A program made the translations under genes and the position numbers. A stretch of 62,150 bases of DNA, filler included, from Sphacelaria rigidula (taxonomy: Eukaryota), in NCBI GenBank assembly GCA_964200075.2. It is 5 parts of 5 records of this genome, joined end to end, with 100 filler letters (N's around TTAATTAATTAA, not from the genome) between each part and the next. Parts side by side here need not be neighbours in the genome. Positions count along the whole stretch, not along the records: positions 24,910 to 37,258 come from CAXNAA020003867.1; positions 37,359 to 49,704 come from CAXNAA020003868.1; 3 more parts are not named here. The stretch is one strand, 5' to 3'. The notes beneath the pieces are model-generated. The model ran no database searches. It was not told the origin of the DNA and was given only the letters and a program-made list of their open reading frames with translations. Below, piece by piece: positions 28,010 through 41,362 of the stretch. Numbering within the stretch: the stretch's first letter is position 1; every line of letters begins with the position of its first letter.

Positions 28010-31000
28010 TTTAAAAAATGATACATGGTCTCAACTGGCCGTGGCAGGCCTACAACTTCCCGCGACAATGCACCCGGTGCATGAGGCTTCCTATTAGAGC
28101 AGCCTTCGGATAGATAATGCAAAGCCGCTGTACAAGCTGGTTCAGCTTGTTGTTCCCTGGCCCAATCAGCGTGGGAGAAAAGGGTCAAACGTTCCTCAAA
28201 TACACTATTCGACGGTTTGTCCAAAACAAAGGGGTTCGTGACATGGCGGTGTTGACTCGAATCAGGGATATTTGGATCATGGGCGGAGGGATCAGTGAGT
28301 GTATTTTCAAGCGGAATATTGTCTTGGATTCCTACGTCGACTAGCGCATCGGGTGATGAGGCATCAGTGGGAACACCATCACCGTGGAAGGGGGGCAAAG
28401 TCGAGGCTTAGGCCATGGGAGGAAGGGGTGCCGTGGATGGAGTCGATCTTCTGGGGGCCTTGCGCCGCGGTGGTTGAGGGGGCGCAAGGAAAATATCGGG
28501 CACCGGGATGGGGTTCGGGATGGGAAGGTCCGAGCCAGATTCCGCCAGGGTGGCGGACGTATCGGCGGCCCGTCGTCCCCGGGTTCTACTCGAGATGCGA
28601 TCTCGAACTTGAACCGGGAGGACGAAGACAGTACAATACGATTCCACATCTATGGCACGAACCATACGATGACCAGTTGCACGAAAATGGCCATACCCGC
28701 TCGGGTTCGTACCAGCTCCACTCCGAACTGAACACAACGATTGTGGTGGCATACTGACTAGTACAGAAGCGTGAGCTGTAGTCGTCAGGCCATCAATGCC
28801 AAGTGCAGAGTTGTTGTTCAGTGAAAGTGGCGTGTAGATTCCGCTATGACCGCTTCTGCTAATGAAATATACAATGTCTTCGGTGGGATCCGTAATACGT
28901 CCCAAGGCGGAGCTGTCGATAGGTTGGGCCGGGATAGGCAAGCGAGACAGAAAATCAGCGTTTGCGTTTTAAGGTCCTCCTCGATACTTTAGCGTGAAGT
29001 TGTAAGAAGACAGGATTTCAAACCAGCGTTAAACTCGGGCGTTGTGTTCCGCCATTTTGGCGAGGTTTTCCAAAGATTCATGACCTGTATAAATCACGAA
29101 CGGAATGTCATAAAAGTACTGACGGAGACGTCGCACCCCCCAAGCAATCGCACCGGCCTCTTGCTCCATGACCCACCAGTTTTGTTCGTTTGGGTAGATG
29201 GTTATGCTCAAATATGCAATGGAGTGAATATTAGCACCTGGTTCTTCCTGCTCCAACGTGCAGCCGAACGCAATTTTGGAGGAATCCGTGTGAAGTGGGA
29301 ATGGACGTGAACTATTTCAGCGGCCGACCGGCTTGGGAAAACCAAGATTGGTGGTCGAGAGAGTGTGTCAAGTAGTTGACGTGCTGTTTTTTCATTTTCG
29401 ACGTAAACGCGAATTTCAGTCCTTCTCTGAGAAGGGAGGTGAGAGGTTTGAGGGTTTGGGCTAGGTTCGGCAAATACTGTCGGTAGTTCAAACCGCCGAG
29501 CAAGACGCGCAGTTGAGTTTTATCCCGTGGCATGGGCATATCTGTAAGTGCGGCAACCTTGTTGAGGTTTGGATTACGACCTTCAGGGGTGATACAGTGG
29601 CCCAGGAATTCGATTCTAGTCGCTCTAACGCAGGATTTGGACGGGGCAAGTTTCAAGTTGTGTTGTTCGAAGCGAGCGAAGAAAGACGCCAAGTGCTCGA
29701 CGTGTTAGGAAGGGGTGCCTCCGTGTATTACCGCGTCATCGAGGTACATATGGCACTTGGACAATCCATAAGTCACACGAAACGTTGCACGTTGAAATGC
29801 CCCGGGGGCACCGGCGACACCTTGTGGTGCTACCAATCATTCGTACAAGCCTGGCGGTGTACAAGACGCCGTCAGTTCTATAGATTGCGGGTTCATCACA
29901 AGTCGGTGGTAGCCGGACTACATGTCAACGTTCGAAAATACTCTACCCCCGCCGGGAGAGTCAATGATTTCATCTATCCGGGGAAGAGGTAGACGTGCGA
30001 TTTTGGTGACTGCGTTCAATCGTTGGTGATTGACCGTCAGTCTGATCTTACCGTTCTTCTTTAGGACGACGATAAGCGGCGAGGCCTACGGGGACGTGCA
30101 GTTCCGTATTAAACGGGTGGATAAATATCCGTCGAGGATTACCTGAACGTTATCCGGTAAGAGGGGGTTTGTACGGCACGGACGCGTAGCGATAGATGAT
30201 GTGCCATCAGGAATTTTGATCGTGAACGGTGTAGCGGTGCAGCGGCCTAGATCTGAGGGTGCTCTGGAGGACCGTTCAGAATATCTTATCAAAATGGAGC
30301 GTAGCCTATCGATCACCGTGGGGGCCCAACCCTCACCACGTATATCAAAAGCAACGTGTCGCAATTGTGGGGGGATATTGTCCCATAAACGTTGGAAACT
30401 AACACGTTGCTCTGGCGATAATCTATCTAGTAATGCAGTTGGGGGTTCGGGTCACGTGCGTTAGACGCGTCGTCCACTACCATAGGGCAAGTCTTGTCTA
30501 ACGGTGGAGAGTCCGCGTTGATCGAGGTGTCTGGTGACGTGTTCCGTTCGGTCGACAGACACACTTTTGACAAGTCTGTCCGTAGGAGGGGCGCCTGAGC
30601 AAAACCCGACAACTGGCCGAGAAGTATATCGAAACATGCAGAGGACGTGAGAGGGGTGGATTGTCTACCTTCGTGAACGAATACTTCGGTCCGGTCAAAG
30701 ATGCCAACCTCATCAGCCGACTGATTGAGGTTGATGAGTTCGACCATGTATTGTCCAGAGTGGGCAGAGGGTCCGTTCCGTCTCACACGGCTCACATATA
30801 TGAGTTGGGGTTCAGGGGACAAGGAGGCTACGTTTTCGCCAACAAAGTACAGTCGATAAGCATCACCTGATTGTGTTGGATCATCGACAAAGGCATGAGC
30901 CTCCGACGCAGTGTCGTGATATCCCAATTTCAATCTGCCAGTCTTCGGACGGTGCAAAGCAGGTGTCTTTCCTACATCTATGAGTAGAAAGCCGTAGCCA

Positions 31001-32575
31001 ACTCTCACGCCCGAGCAAAACATTAGCCGAGATGGAACCATCGGGCACTATAAGTGCCCACACGGATAATCGAGCAGTTAGACTCGTGTCATCGAAAAAT
31101 TGCACACTAACTCTCACTGATCGATCAACCGTAAGTGGAATTGAGGCATCAAACCCGCCGAAAACACGAGGGGAAACCGTAGAAACGCAATGCGTGTCCG
31201 CAGCCCCCGCGTTGATCATTCGTTGCCGGCAGCTAGCGGTGATGAATGTTTGAGGCGAGGCTGAATCGTGCAATACAACAGCTAATAAAGGACATGTTGC
31301 ATACATTCCACTATGTACAACTATTTCCGTTGTGAAGGAGGCATCATTCATGAGTACAGTACCGCCGACTAGATCCGGTCCAAATTCTGGCAAGAAATCT
31401 GTGGACAAACCGTGCTTGTGATTGTGAGCGGCTGTGCTGAAATACACACGCTGATGATCCTTCAGAGCAAGATTTCTGTCAGAAGGTGGGTTGGGGCACG
31501 GAGTGTCTTTTGCAGTGGTTGAGGGATCTGTCGAGTGCTGAATTTCGTATACTGTAAGGAATGGACGATGATGCCTGGGAAGGGCACTTGTCGTGGCTGG
31601 CCGCGACAAGTGTTGCGTTTGGTTTAAGATACCTTGGCCGGTCGCAACAAGTAGCGAAGCGTCAGTTTGCGAACCTGGCGAGGTTACAGCATCTAGTGCG
31701 GGCAAAGGAGGGGACGTTTCGGCAAAGGGTGAAGGCGATTTGGCTACACTAGTCAATTCGCCACCCGTGTTAGTTGACGACAACGTTGGTAAAATAGGGG
31801 ACGAGCGGTCAAGTGTGGACGGCTCGTCAGTCACTACGCTATGTTTTCCTTGTGATGAAGACTCAGACGGGGGGATTTTATGGCAAGGAGACGAAGGCCC
31901 AATTGGCAGCGGGGTATTTGACCCAAGATATGACAACGCTATTTTAGTCGTGGGCTCTAACATAGTGTGTGAGGGGTCAGCAGGGAGCAGTGTTAATCTG
32001 TTCGAAATCTGGGAAACACCGGCCTGGTCGAGAGAATCGCCTTCATCCATTGAAACCCATACCTGTTCACGATCTCGGTGGACGGGTGCAACTGCGTCAT
32101 CAGGGATATCTGCAGGGTCATCCGGAGGAGGAGCCCGCCAAGGGTGACGCATATAGCGCACCAACGGTTCGACTGCTGCGGGGGCTATTGAGAATTGGTA
32201 AAGGATAGTCCGCCCTCGGTCACACTCGTGGCGCTCCACCAGGGTTGTTGCTTGGGGTTCCTTCCCAACCCGCTGAGCGACGGAAAGCCGGGTTCGACAC
32301 GGTTGCGCTCCGTGCACAAAAAGTACGCTCACCAAATAAAAGGGGACCGGGCACCGACGTTATTTCGTTCGTGGGTGTAACAGGGGTCGGCTTGGCACCT
32401 AAGCCTGTTTGGGGGCTGGTGTGTGGCCTTGTTTTTATTATCCTACGATGAACGTTCGCCGGGGTAACAGCTACCGCGCCGAAAGATGTCCCTGCTTCGG
32501 GGGCGGGAGGTGTTACACTGTATGACCGCCGGTCCCGCGAGGAGAAATGATCCAACTGGCTATGATTAATACCAC
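28010..32575 (-). mobile_element. Degenerate Ty3/gypsy LTR retrotransposon (gag remnant, protease, RT, RNase H; integrase absent)
   Basis: Protease-like LHDSAS...VLLGRES (31.0-31.3k); RT SP*ASP...KKNGKIRL...LPRIDE (30.0-30.1k) and YLDD at 29746-29735; LKLAPSK...EFLGH (29.6k); RNase H EQEAGAIAWGVRRLRQY...YTGH (29.1k); NADFLSRLP (28.95k); DWAREQQAEP linker (28.16k). Many stops and frameshifts. PBS-like tggtattaatcatagcc near 32574. Confidence 0.9.
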
Positions 32576-33462
32576 TTGGAGGTAAAACTAGGTGATCAGT
32601 TCTAGAACTAAAACACTGGGGTTAGTCATTGCGCAATTGGGAGTCATGCAAAGATGCACGGGATTCTGCTGCCATGGAACCCATCATGACAGTCTGATCG
32701 AGGTCAGTGTACCCGCACCATAAACCTGAACCTGTGCTGTACGACATTGATTCAATACTGTTATGTCTGTCTACTGGCCGAGCGAGAGAAAACACTTCTG
32801 CGGCGTGTTGCCGTCAATCGTCGGTTCCCTAATGTGGGTCTGTGGCAGACAATGAGGAATGAACGCAAAGTGTATTCAAGACGGGCAGAGGACGACGGCC
32901 TAATTTTGAGGCAGTGGTACACTCTAGATCGCCCCACTATGTGCTTATTGAAAACGCGGGGTTTTGTCATTTCCAAAACATCGCCAAGTGGCGCGTGGAG
33001 CATCAGTGGAGGGTCAGAAATCAATCTGGCGGGGCTCAAACGTTGTGCGAGGTCTGATCACAAGGAGGCATTTGCCATCTTTTGATTGACCCTATGCATA
33101 CGGGTGAAAGGCGCCAGAATGAGGTATGCGTAGGCTTGGGCCAAAAGCCTTCGCGCCCGAGCCTAAAAGTACGACTGATTGCACTGCGGGTTGGGACTTC
33201 TGTGGACCGTAGTTACAATATGAAATCGAGCGTGGTTCTTTAAACCGCGCGAATCGCGACGTTGAGGGCGACGGATTGAACGCATACGCCCGTATTGTGG
33301 GGATTTGGTCCGAAGAAAATAATTTGAGCACACCGAACGCGTTTGTGAAAGGCTTCTCACAGGTGCGCATCAAATATATGGGTACGCAATCGGTCGCGGT
33401 ATACTCAGTATGTTAATGAAACCAAATGCCACAGCATTGGCATGTATCCTTACAGGAGCGGA

Positions 33463-33712
33463 GACTAATGCCGAGATAGCCCCCCCCACAAAAAGTGCAC
33501 CGGCACCATCCAACGAACCGGCTGCGATCCGACTATTGGGCTTGTTTGCAGCAACTTCGCCCACGTGAGAGGCGTGTAGCAGTCCAAAATCAGCTATAAC
33601 GCCCAGATCAGTCGCGTCGTGCAGCACAAATGCAGCTTTAACGGCAGTTATGACCATCGCCTCCGCGCACATTTTTGGCCGGTTTTGGGGGGGTGCTATC
33701 TCGGCAGCAGTC
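33463..33712. mobile_element. MITE, 250 bp, inverted sister copy of 23138-23383
   Basis: TIR gactaatgccgagatagc / gctatctcggcagcagtc; 4-bp TSD CGGA. Confidence 0.9.
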
Positions 33713-34731
33713 CGGATCAAGTCAGGTTGAAGGAGAGGGTCGACGTCACGGTTCCATCACATCGATGTGTTCGATACGGTCCGTGGAAGTGCTGATTTGA
33801 TGTGCTTATCGCCAATTTTTTGGTGCGAAAAGCCAAGGAGAGAATCGACTGGTAATCACGACGGGGATTGGTACCGTCGCCGAAAACATGACCATATTGA
33901 CTGACTTTTTCCATGTATGATCCATTTTAGCCAGCGAGACGGAACAGTGGAATGCACCCGTACTGCTGAAATTTTAATCAAGACGGGCAGAAAGTTAGAG
34001 AACGTCATGAGAGACTCCGTCGTGCTCGTAGAAATTTGAATGTCAGACGCTGGCTGCAGTCGCAGGGTTTTATTCGCCATGCAGCGTAGTGCACACCTCA
34101 CATTCACCCGGCCTGTCACCTAATTAATGGGGTGTTGGGGCGAGGTAATGTAGTAAATTGTAAAAGGATCGTAGGAACGTCAGAAAAAAAAGCAGTTTGG
34201 GTTGTATGAAACAATCGGAAGAGTGCCTGTCATAGAGTGACTGGTTTCATGCAGTTCTGTACAGAGATGTCGAAGATTCAATCATGCCGCCATGAAAGAC
34301 AAATCTGTACTCACAAGGCACAGCGAACATCGACGTCAACCCGCCATGTCTTGTTTCGAACACTCGGGAAGGTTTGGCAACTTGGAAAACGGTAACTACA
34401 CACGTGGACAGATAGCACCCTGTGGGGCACGTCTACAGGGTTCAGGGAAACTGTGCAGTGTTTCTCGCGGGGATTTGGCTGTAGGGTGGTTTTGTGCGCC
34501 ACGCAGTACGCTCCACAGGGTTTCGCCACCCCGTGTACAGTTCATTGTTGTTAATATGCTGTACAGTGTTTATGACGCACATACAATATGATTTACCTTA
34601 CAGCACGGGCGTGGTACTGGCAGAGAAAAACGGTCGGAGATGATAGCGGTATAGTAGTCAGCATCAGAAGTTTGCAGAATTCGTAGTTGTTGTAGTTCTT
34701 GAGTTTTCTCAAGTAATATTCTTCATTACTA

Positions 34732-35223
34732 CTTGAAAGCTCTAGCGCCAGTAGATCTAGGGGAAAGCGTAGGCCGCGCTCAAACTGCAGTGCTCAAGTT
34801 GGTATTTTTGGGGCGATACGGACTAGATACCCCGTTCATCAGGAGGGTGTTATTGATCGTTTTTGGTCCAATAAAAACAGTTTTCCGGCTATTCCGCAAC
34901 GGAATGGTAAATATTGAGATAAATAAGTGCGTACACAATTCTTCACAATAACGATTGAGATCGTGTTTCCCTCCTATGCTGCATAGACCTCAGTCAAGCA
35001 TTTCCTGCGGATGGCCTCTTTTCGGGTTTTTTTCGCATTACATTTTCCATGAGCACTTGAAAGTGCTAGCGTCGATAGTTTCGGCAAAATAAGCAGATCG
35101 TGCTCAAATCACAATCCCCAAGTTGGTGTTGTGGGGGCGATACGGAGTATAGACCCCGTTTATCAGGAGGGTGTTATAGACCGTGAATGGTCCAAGAAAC
35201 ATAGGTTTCCGGCTTCAGCGCAG
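34732..35223. repeat. Diverged direct repeat (about 170-bp blocks, period about 324 bp)
   Basis: cttgaaag..ctagcg...caagttggt...ggggcgatacgga...atcaggagggtgttat...tggtccaa...tttccggct at both 34732-34900 and 35056-35223. Confidence 0.75.
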
Positions 35224-37186
35224 TGAACAGGTGGAATTAAAAAAAAGCATCCCTTTTAAGTCTTCACTTATATGATCGGGATTTAGTCGATCCACCGAAA
35301 ATAACGAAAAGCTAAAAGCCGGGGTTGCACTTTCACAGGATCCCCGAAGATCGGTCAAGCCCGTAAGTCACTCAATCTTGATCGCCGATATCTTTTCTAT
35401 CAATATTTGTCAAGAGTTTAAAAATATCTCCAAGCGCCCAAATTTTTGCAACTAGCAATCGCTGTGATGAGCGGTGGCAAGCGAAACAAATTTGGGAAAT
35501 CTTTGACACGCAGTTGCACGAGGCCCAAGAGATCAAGCAGTGATCAAACGGCGATAAGGTAGGGGGCGTGCGGTAGACCCATGGGACGAGGTGAAAATCC
35601 ACTTACCCCCGATTGAGGTAATGTTGCGTTCACATACATTCATCTGTCGGGCAGGTGACCTCGCGTCCCGATTTCCATTTGGTTCTCGACAGCCATCGAA
35701 ACAAACCACGGGGTAATCCGTGCCACTGCAGAATGTGCCTAACTTCCGGTGTCCCTCAAAAGATTCGCTGAACAGGGGCGAAGAGATTAGCGTGGAGGTA
35801 GCCACCCATTTACGCAGGTGGCTGAGAGCAGACATCGCTTCCTGGAGCGTCAGATCTCCCACGCGGTCAGGACGTAGTCGTAAGACCAGGAGGATGGCTG
35901 CTGGACATGCTGTCGGAGCTCTGCAAGTCATGACGTCAGGTGGGGTGAGCACCGCTCAGTGGCTCTATAAATCAAGCGCACATTGCTTGACACGCTGCTT
36001 CCCTCTCCGAGTTGCCGTATCGACGGAAAACCACGCACATCTCTCAGCTGACTTGCACCTATTTCACAAGAAGCAGAACCGAGTATGGGGCTGGACGCTT
36101 TCGTGGAACAGCGCAAACAGCACCTGTGCGAGGTAAGACTGGTGATGGATCCGGAGAGTGAGATCTTAATGTCGGGACGGCAACGGCAGGGAACTGCAGC
36201 ACTAGTACACGGTATCTGGAAATTTAAGAAGGATCGATCACGGTATGCAGTCTAGAGGTGAGGATGCAAGGGCACAAAATACGTACGCGTAAGATAGTTC
36301 GCCAGATGATGAACCGCATTCCGATTTCTCGCCTCACCTGAGATATTCAATCGCTGATGGGTTCGCCTAGTTTGCTTGAACACCAAACTTCGAGGCGATT
36401 CCAACCTTTAACCCAAAACCTCACCTCCTCACCCTGATAGACCTTCGCGAGTGAAAATCCAGGAAAAAAATCAGGTTGGGAATGGCGAGGAAAGGCCCAG
36501 GATGGAGCAATGTCGGAGTGGCTACCAGGGAGCAAAGTCCTGGAAAGCCTCACGCTTCCACGAGTGGACGGGTTCCACGCCCGTTGGCATCTGCACCACC
36601 CAGCCAAGGCATCAAATATGCCATCTCGCCCGAGCATGCCATGTCCCTCTGTTGTGCAGTGATGCTCTGAACTTGTTCCCCATAGGTTTCGCATTCTGAG
36701 AGGTTTTTGACGGAGCTGAGCAGAAAGCACAAGTGTCGACGGCGGCAGACGCTTCTGGAGAGTGACAAGAGAAATCTTGACGTAAAGATTTCCAACAAGT
36801 GGCCGAGATGATCGAGCCTGTCCGTTGAGCGAACGAAGCAGGGAAAAAACATCAATATTGTACGAAGGAGAGAGTATGATGCCGTTTTGTGCTGCACTAC
36901 AGAAACGAGCAGCGTTTTCTATTTTCTTCCTTTTGATTTAGGAATGAGCAGTAGTTCAGTACTGTTTCTTTTTCTTCATTGGAACAGCTGTTCACTTTTT
37001 TTCTTTTTCTCTCTTCAGGTCTGTATTCATTCGTGTGTTCCCGTTGATCATGAGCTCGGTTATATATCTTGTTATCGTTTCCATTTCTTTTTCTTCATTT
37101 TTGAACGTTTTGTTTTTCGGACATGGTCTTTCCCGATTTGTTCGCCTCGTTTTTTTCAGGTCAGAATTTTCCCTTCAAGGCCTTAT

Positions 37187-37504
37187 AACAGCCAATCATC
37201 TATGTTGAGGATGGTGCTTTTGATTGAGGATGAGAACCCGGAGGATTAAAATCTTCGTNNNNNNNNNNNNNNNNNNNNNNNNNNNNNNNNNNNNNNNNNN
37301 NNTTAATTAATTAANNNNNNNNNNNNNNNNNNNNNNNNNNNNNNNNNNNNNNNNNNNNACTCACTTAAAGCGAATGATCAAAGCCACTCTCAATCGTATA
37401 ATCTACTCTCAATCTCACGAAAAGACTGTTCTACGAAGATTTTAATTTTCCGGGTTTCTCATCCCCAATAAAAGATCTATCCCCAATTTGGAAGATCCCG
37501 TGTT
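37187..37504. mobile_element. Fold-back MITE (family of 8335-8772) spanning a gap, with a family-2 MITE end nested inside
   Basis: aacagccaatcatc...aaatcttcgt before the gap; ...ctcacgaaaagactgtt then tacgaagattttaa...gtgtt after the gap. Confidence 0.7.
37259..37358. other. Assembly gap with linker
   Basis: N-run with central ttaattaattaa. Confidence 0.99.
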
Positions 37505-38016
37505 CATATCGGTATCGGAGCATAGGAAACCGATATATTATGTTATACGTATCAACATCGAATATCGATCCGCTCGATATTTTGCCCCTTTTTCGTCACA
37601 TTATTAGCTCAATTTCTCGAAACCATTGCCGAAGGACACGTGGGGGTTGGTATTTCCCGGACGGCAGACCCGCAGTTGTAGAGCGCTTGCACGATGTGCA
37701 AATAGATGCATGTATTTTCGTAGGATAGGAGGCGACAGAGTAACCGCTGGTGCCTTGTGGGTTTGGTGGTATGATGCAGCGGGGGTGTTTACCAACGGCA
37801 ACATACGGGTGGCGTGGCGAGTAGATATATATGATGTCACAATCAATGCAAAGCTGCATAGAACAGTAGAAAACAGCTAGGTTGTACTGTTGTCGTTTCA
37901 CTTTTCCTTCATGTTTGACGAGTGTTGGATTTATTTTCCCCTTCGTCCATTGTTCTGGACATTCTAATTGTTGCAAGCTTCGTAGGAACAGATTCGCGCT
38001 GATTAAATTAAGAGGG

Positions 38017-38271
38017 GCTTTGATCACTCGCTTTAATACAGCCAATTTTCCATCCCGTGTGTACCTTGCTTTGCCTTCATCACTGGCATGTGCTTACAGC
38101 TACACGTCGATATCCTACTCGGGGGTATCAAGGGCCTCAGTGGCAAGCTACTACGGAGAGCATATTGGGCCTCTTGAAGGGGCATTTCGGAACTAAAACG
38201 ATTGATTAACTAATTGAGCGTTTTTTTCTCTCAATCGTATACTCTACCCTCAATCTCACGAAAACATTGTT
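38017..38271. mobile_element. Truncated copy of MITE family 2
   Basis: tgcttacagctacacgtcgatatcctactc...cctcagtggcaagctacta...caatctcacgaaaacattgtt shared with 22410-22709. Confidence 0.85.
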
Positions 38272-41200
38272 GGTTGTGGTTCGATCTTCCAAAACATATA
38301 TCGAACCTTTTTCTCGGTCCGATATGCAACCCTGGTGTTGACTCTCACGGAAAAATCTTCTGAGGAGATTTTTGGATTGGGGACCCAACACACGTGGAAG
38401 TCAAGTGGAAGATGATGTACATCCTCACCGCTAATCGACGAAAAGGTTACCCCTTCAAGCTTCTTCTCGTTGAAAAAACCCACGAGGAGGCTCAGAAAAA
38501 AAGGAGGAGTGGCGTGGTAACCACAACATAGACGGGAAATATTCCCAAAACCAAGTGCCCATTGCCCATTTCCGTTGTCCGTCACGATTCATATTTTCTA
38601 CATCGATACCCATCTATCGTTCAACACACACGTGAGCCACACTAAATCATCTCAAATTAATGCGAGAAAACAAATTACACGCGTGATAAAGTTTTCAGTT
38701 GATGACAGCAACAACCCCCTACTGCTGTTGTTGTTGTTGTGCATCCTTCCCATCATTATTTTTTCACTAATGAAATCATGTTTTGTGATGGCGGGGCGCT
38801 GTTAACCGCGGGTCGTCATGAGTATATTTTTTTGCATACATGTATACCAAAAGCCGGGAAGCAAAAAAAAAGTCACGAACCACCCAACCCGACCTCGTTC
38901 TCCGAAAGATATTGAGGCCGGGATGAAATCACTCACGCAACTGATTTCAAAGCCCAAATGCATACGTACCAGGGTGACTAACGGAGGGAAGACCGGGGGG
39001 GGGGGACTTGACATAAGATCACCCACATAGGATTATTCCTCCAATCAATCCATCGGCCTCTCTCAATTAAAAAAACAACGCTCCTTACTGACAACAAAAA
39101 GTCAAGTATCTTTAGCGCTGATGATAATGTATGGTCGATCGGTCCTCGGATGACATACTAATACGACCGCCGCAACAATATACGATGTGATTCATAAAAA
39201 AACAACCCTCACTTGTTCCCCCCCCTCCCCTTTTTTTCTGTTCTTACTCCTAACTCCTTCCCTTCCTCAGGAAGAGTCCGTGGTCTATGAGGGTCGACCC
39301 ACCTATCCCACGGTACACGCCTTACATTTCGGTACCGCGGACTGGATCATGACTAGCACTTCTGCATCGCCTCGACTGTCATCGAACAAACTCAGTCAAA
39401 CATACTATTGTTAGCCACTAACTTTCCACACCGTGGACAAAATATTTTATATGGCCAATACATGTAATAGACCAGAAATGTACTGGGTTACGTGTAGGCC
39501 AATTGCAACCATCTAATGTAGTTCGACGATCGTTGCAATAGGCCTATACTTGACCCAGTACATTTTTGGACTAGTGCATCAATTCACCACATGTTGTCCA
39601 GGGTGTGATCGTTTTTCACGCTTTCAACGACGTAAATTCGATATTCGTGAGAAAAAAAGCCAAACTAGACGCATCTGGAGGAAGTCGAACCGAAGTTTTT
39701 TCCGCCCTAATGGCGTCAACCGTACAACTTTAATTGAGACCACCGGGCCGTGGCGGCTCAATCCGTGCGCTCGTACTGCCCCCCGGTCCCCATCTCCCAT
39801 CAATCACCGACCGATTGAAATATTTTCTGCGTTACTTCCTCGTACTTTCGGAAGATCCTCCCTCCTCCCTCTCCTTTCATTTTTTGCCCTCCTCCGCCAA
39901 AATGTCCTCATATATATATATATATATATGTGTGTATATGGCGCCCCTGTATTTCTCTCTTTCTCCCACAGAGTGTGAGAAAACCAGCAAAATGCCATAT
40001 TCCAATGTGGTCATGTTGTCAAGCAACGAAGACGGGGGAGCAGAAGCTTCACGGGAGCTATATAATCATGAGTCGCGCAGGGAGGAAGGGGGGGAGGCGG
40101 CCTTGAGGGGCACACGCGATAGGGGATCCTTGCACAGTCAACTCAATACCCTCGGTACCATCCAATCAAGGAGATCAAAACTCCGGCGAAAAAAAGTGAG
40201 GGAGAGTTCCTCACGAGACAACTACGACCGACTGCAACGTGTCACACATATTTCATTCCCGCCCCGCCCCTCCTTTCAACCCGTGGATCTCCGCTTCCTC
40301 ACCGTTGCTCGCTCTGACCGCTCAACCCACTACTATATCGTCTACTTCCGTGTACTACCGACGGAATCCCAAAAATGTTGGCAACTGGGTTCGAGATGAA
40401 ACGGTCTGCCCCTCACATCCCCCGCTCTCCCTCACCACCGCTCCACTTCCACTTCCTCGCTCCGAGTCCGCACATGCACGCATATGCACATGCCTTATGC
40501 GTGCATACAACGAACATTCTGTAGCATGTTTTGTTTGAATTTTCATGTCTACGAGGGGTGAATTTTAAATATATATTTCTTGGATAAAAAGACCCCCCCC
40601 CCCTCCCCCCACCACTTGTTTTCTGTAATCAAACGGGGGTTCGAGGTTCTTGATGTCCACGCCATCATCATCCCCGACACACAAGTCTTGGGGAGGCATA
40701 TCGTATCCTGCCGACACAGCATGGGCTGCCTGCATGCGGCATATTTGGGTCCTCATACAATGAGACGTGGAATTGCCCGCCGCCAGAGAGATGCCTGAAA
40801 CATGAGATGAGACGCACGGTTAGGGTGAGGAGGGGGGAATGCGGGGCGGGGGGTTAGCAAACGGGACCCGAGATTCAGTTCCATCTTCGGAGAAACAACG
40901 GATCGCAGAGGTTGATGCGAAAACACATGGAGTGGGGGAATGGGCAGGGAGACGCGCCAGCCGGAGTCACGGGGTCATGTTCAGCTCTACAAAACAAATC
41001 ACGGCAGAAAACGATGATGGGTCCCAATACCAAGTTAAAGGTGCACGAAGACGCGGAGCTTACACGACACCCACACCTGGGAATAGCATCAGCAACAACA
41101 CGTTGGTCTGATCTTTCACCTCTGTGCACCTCAGCCAGACCAGCATGAAGAGAGAGAGAGAGAGTTGTACTTCGACTTTATCGTCCGCCAAACCCCAAAT

Positions 41201-41362
41201 CCTACAGTATAGACGAGAGCTAACGTGTCTAGGGAAGCCCCGAAAGCGATACCTCTCATTTGATGTCAAAACAGGCACACCTACAAGGGAAAGACGGGAA
41301 ACGACAGAACAGAACGCTCTGCCCCCTCAGGTTCGACACATCCAAAACTGACGACGACTTAC

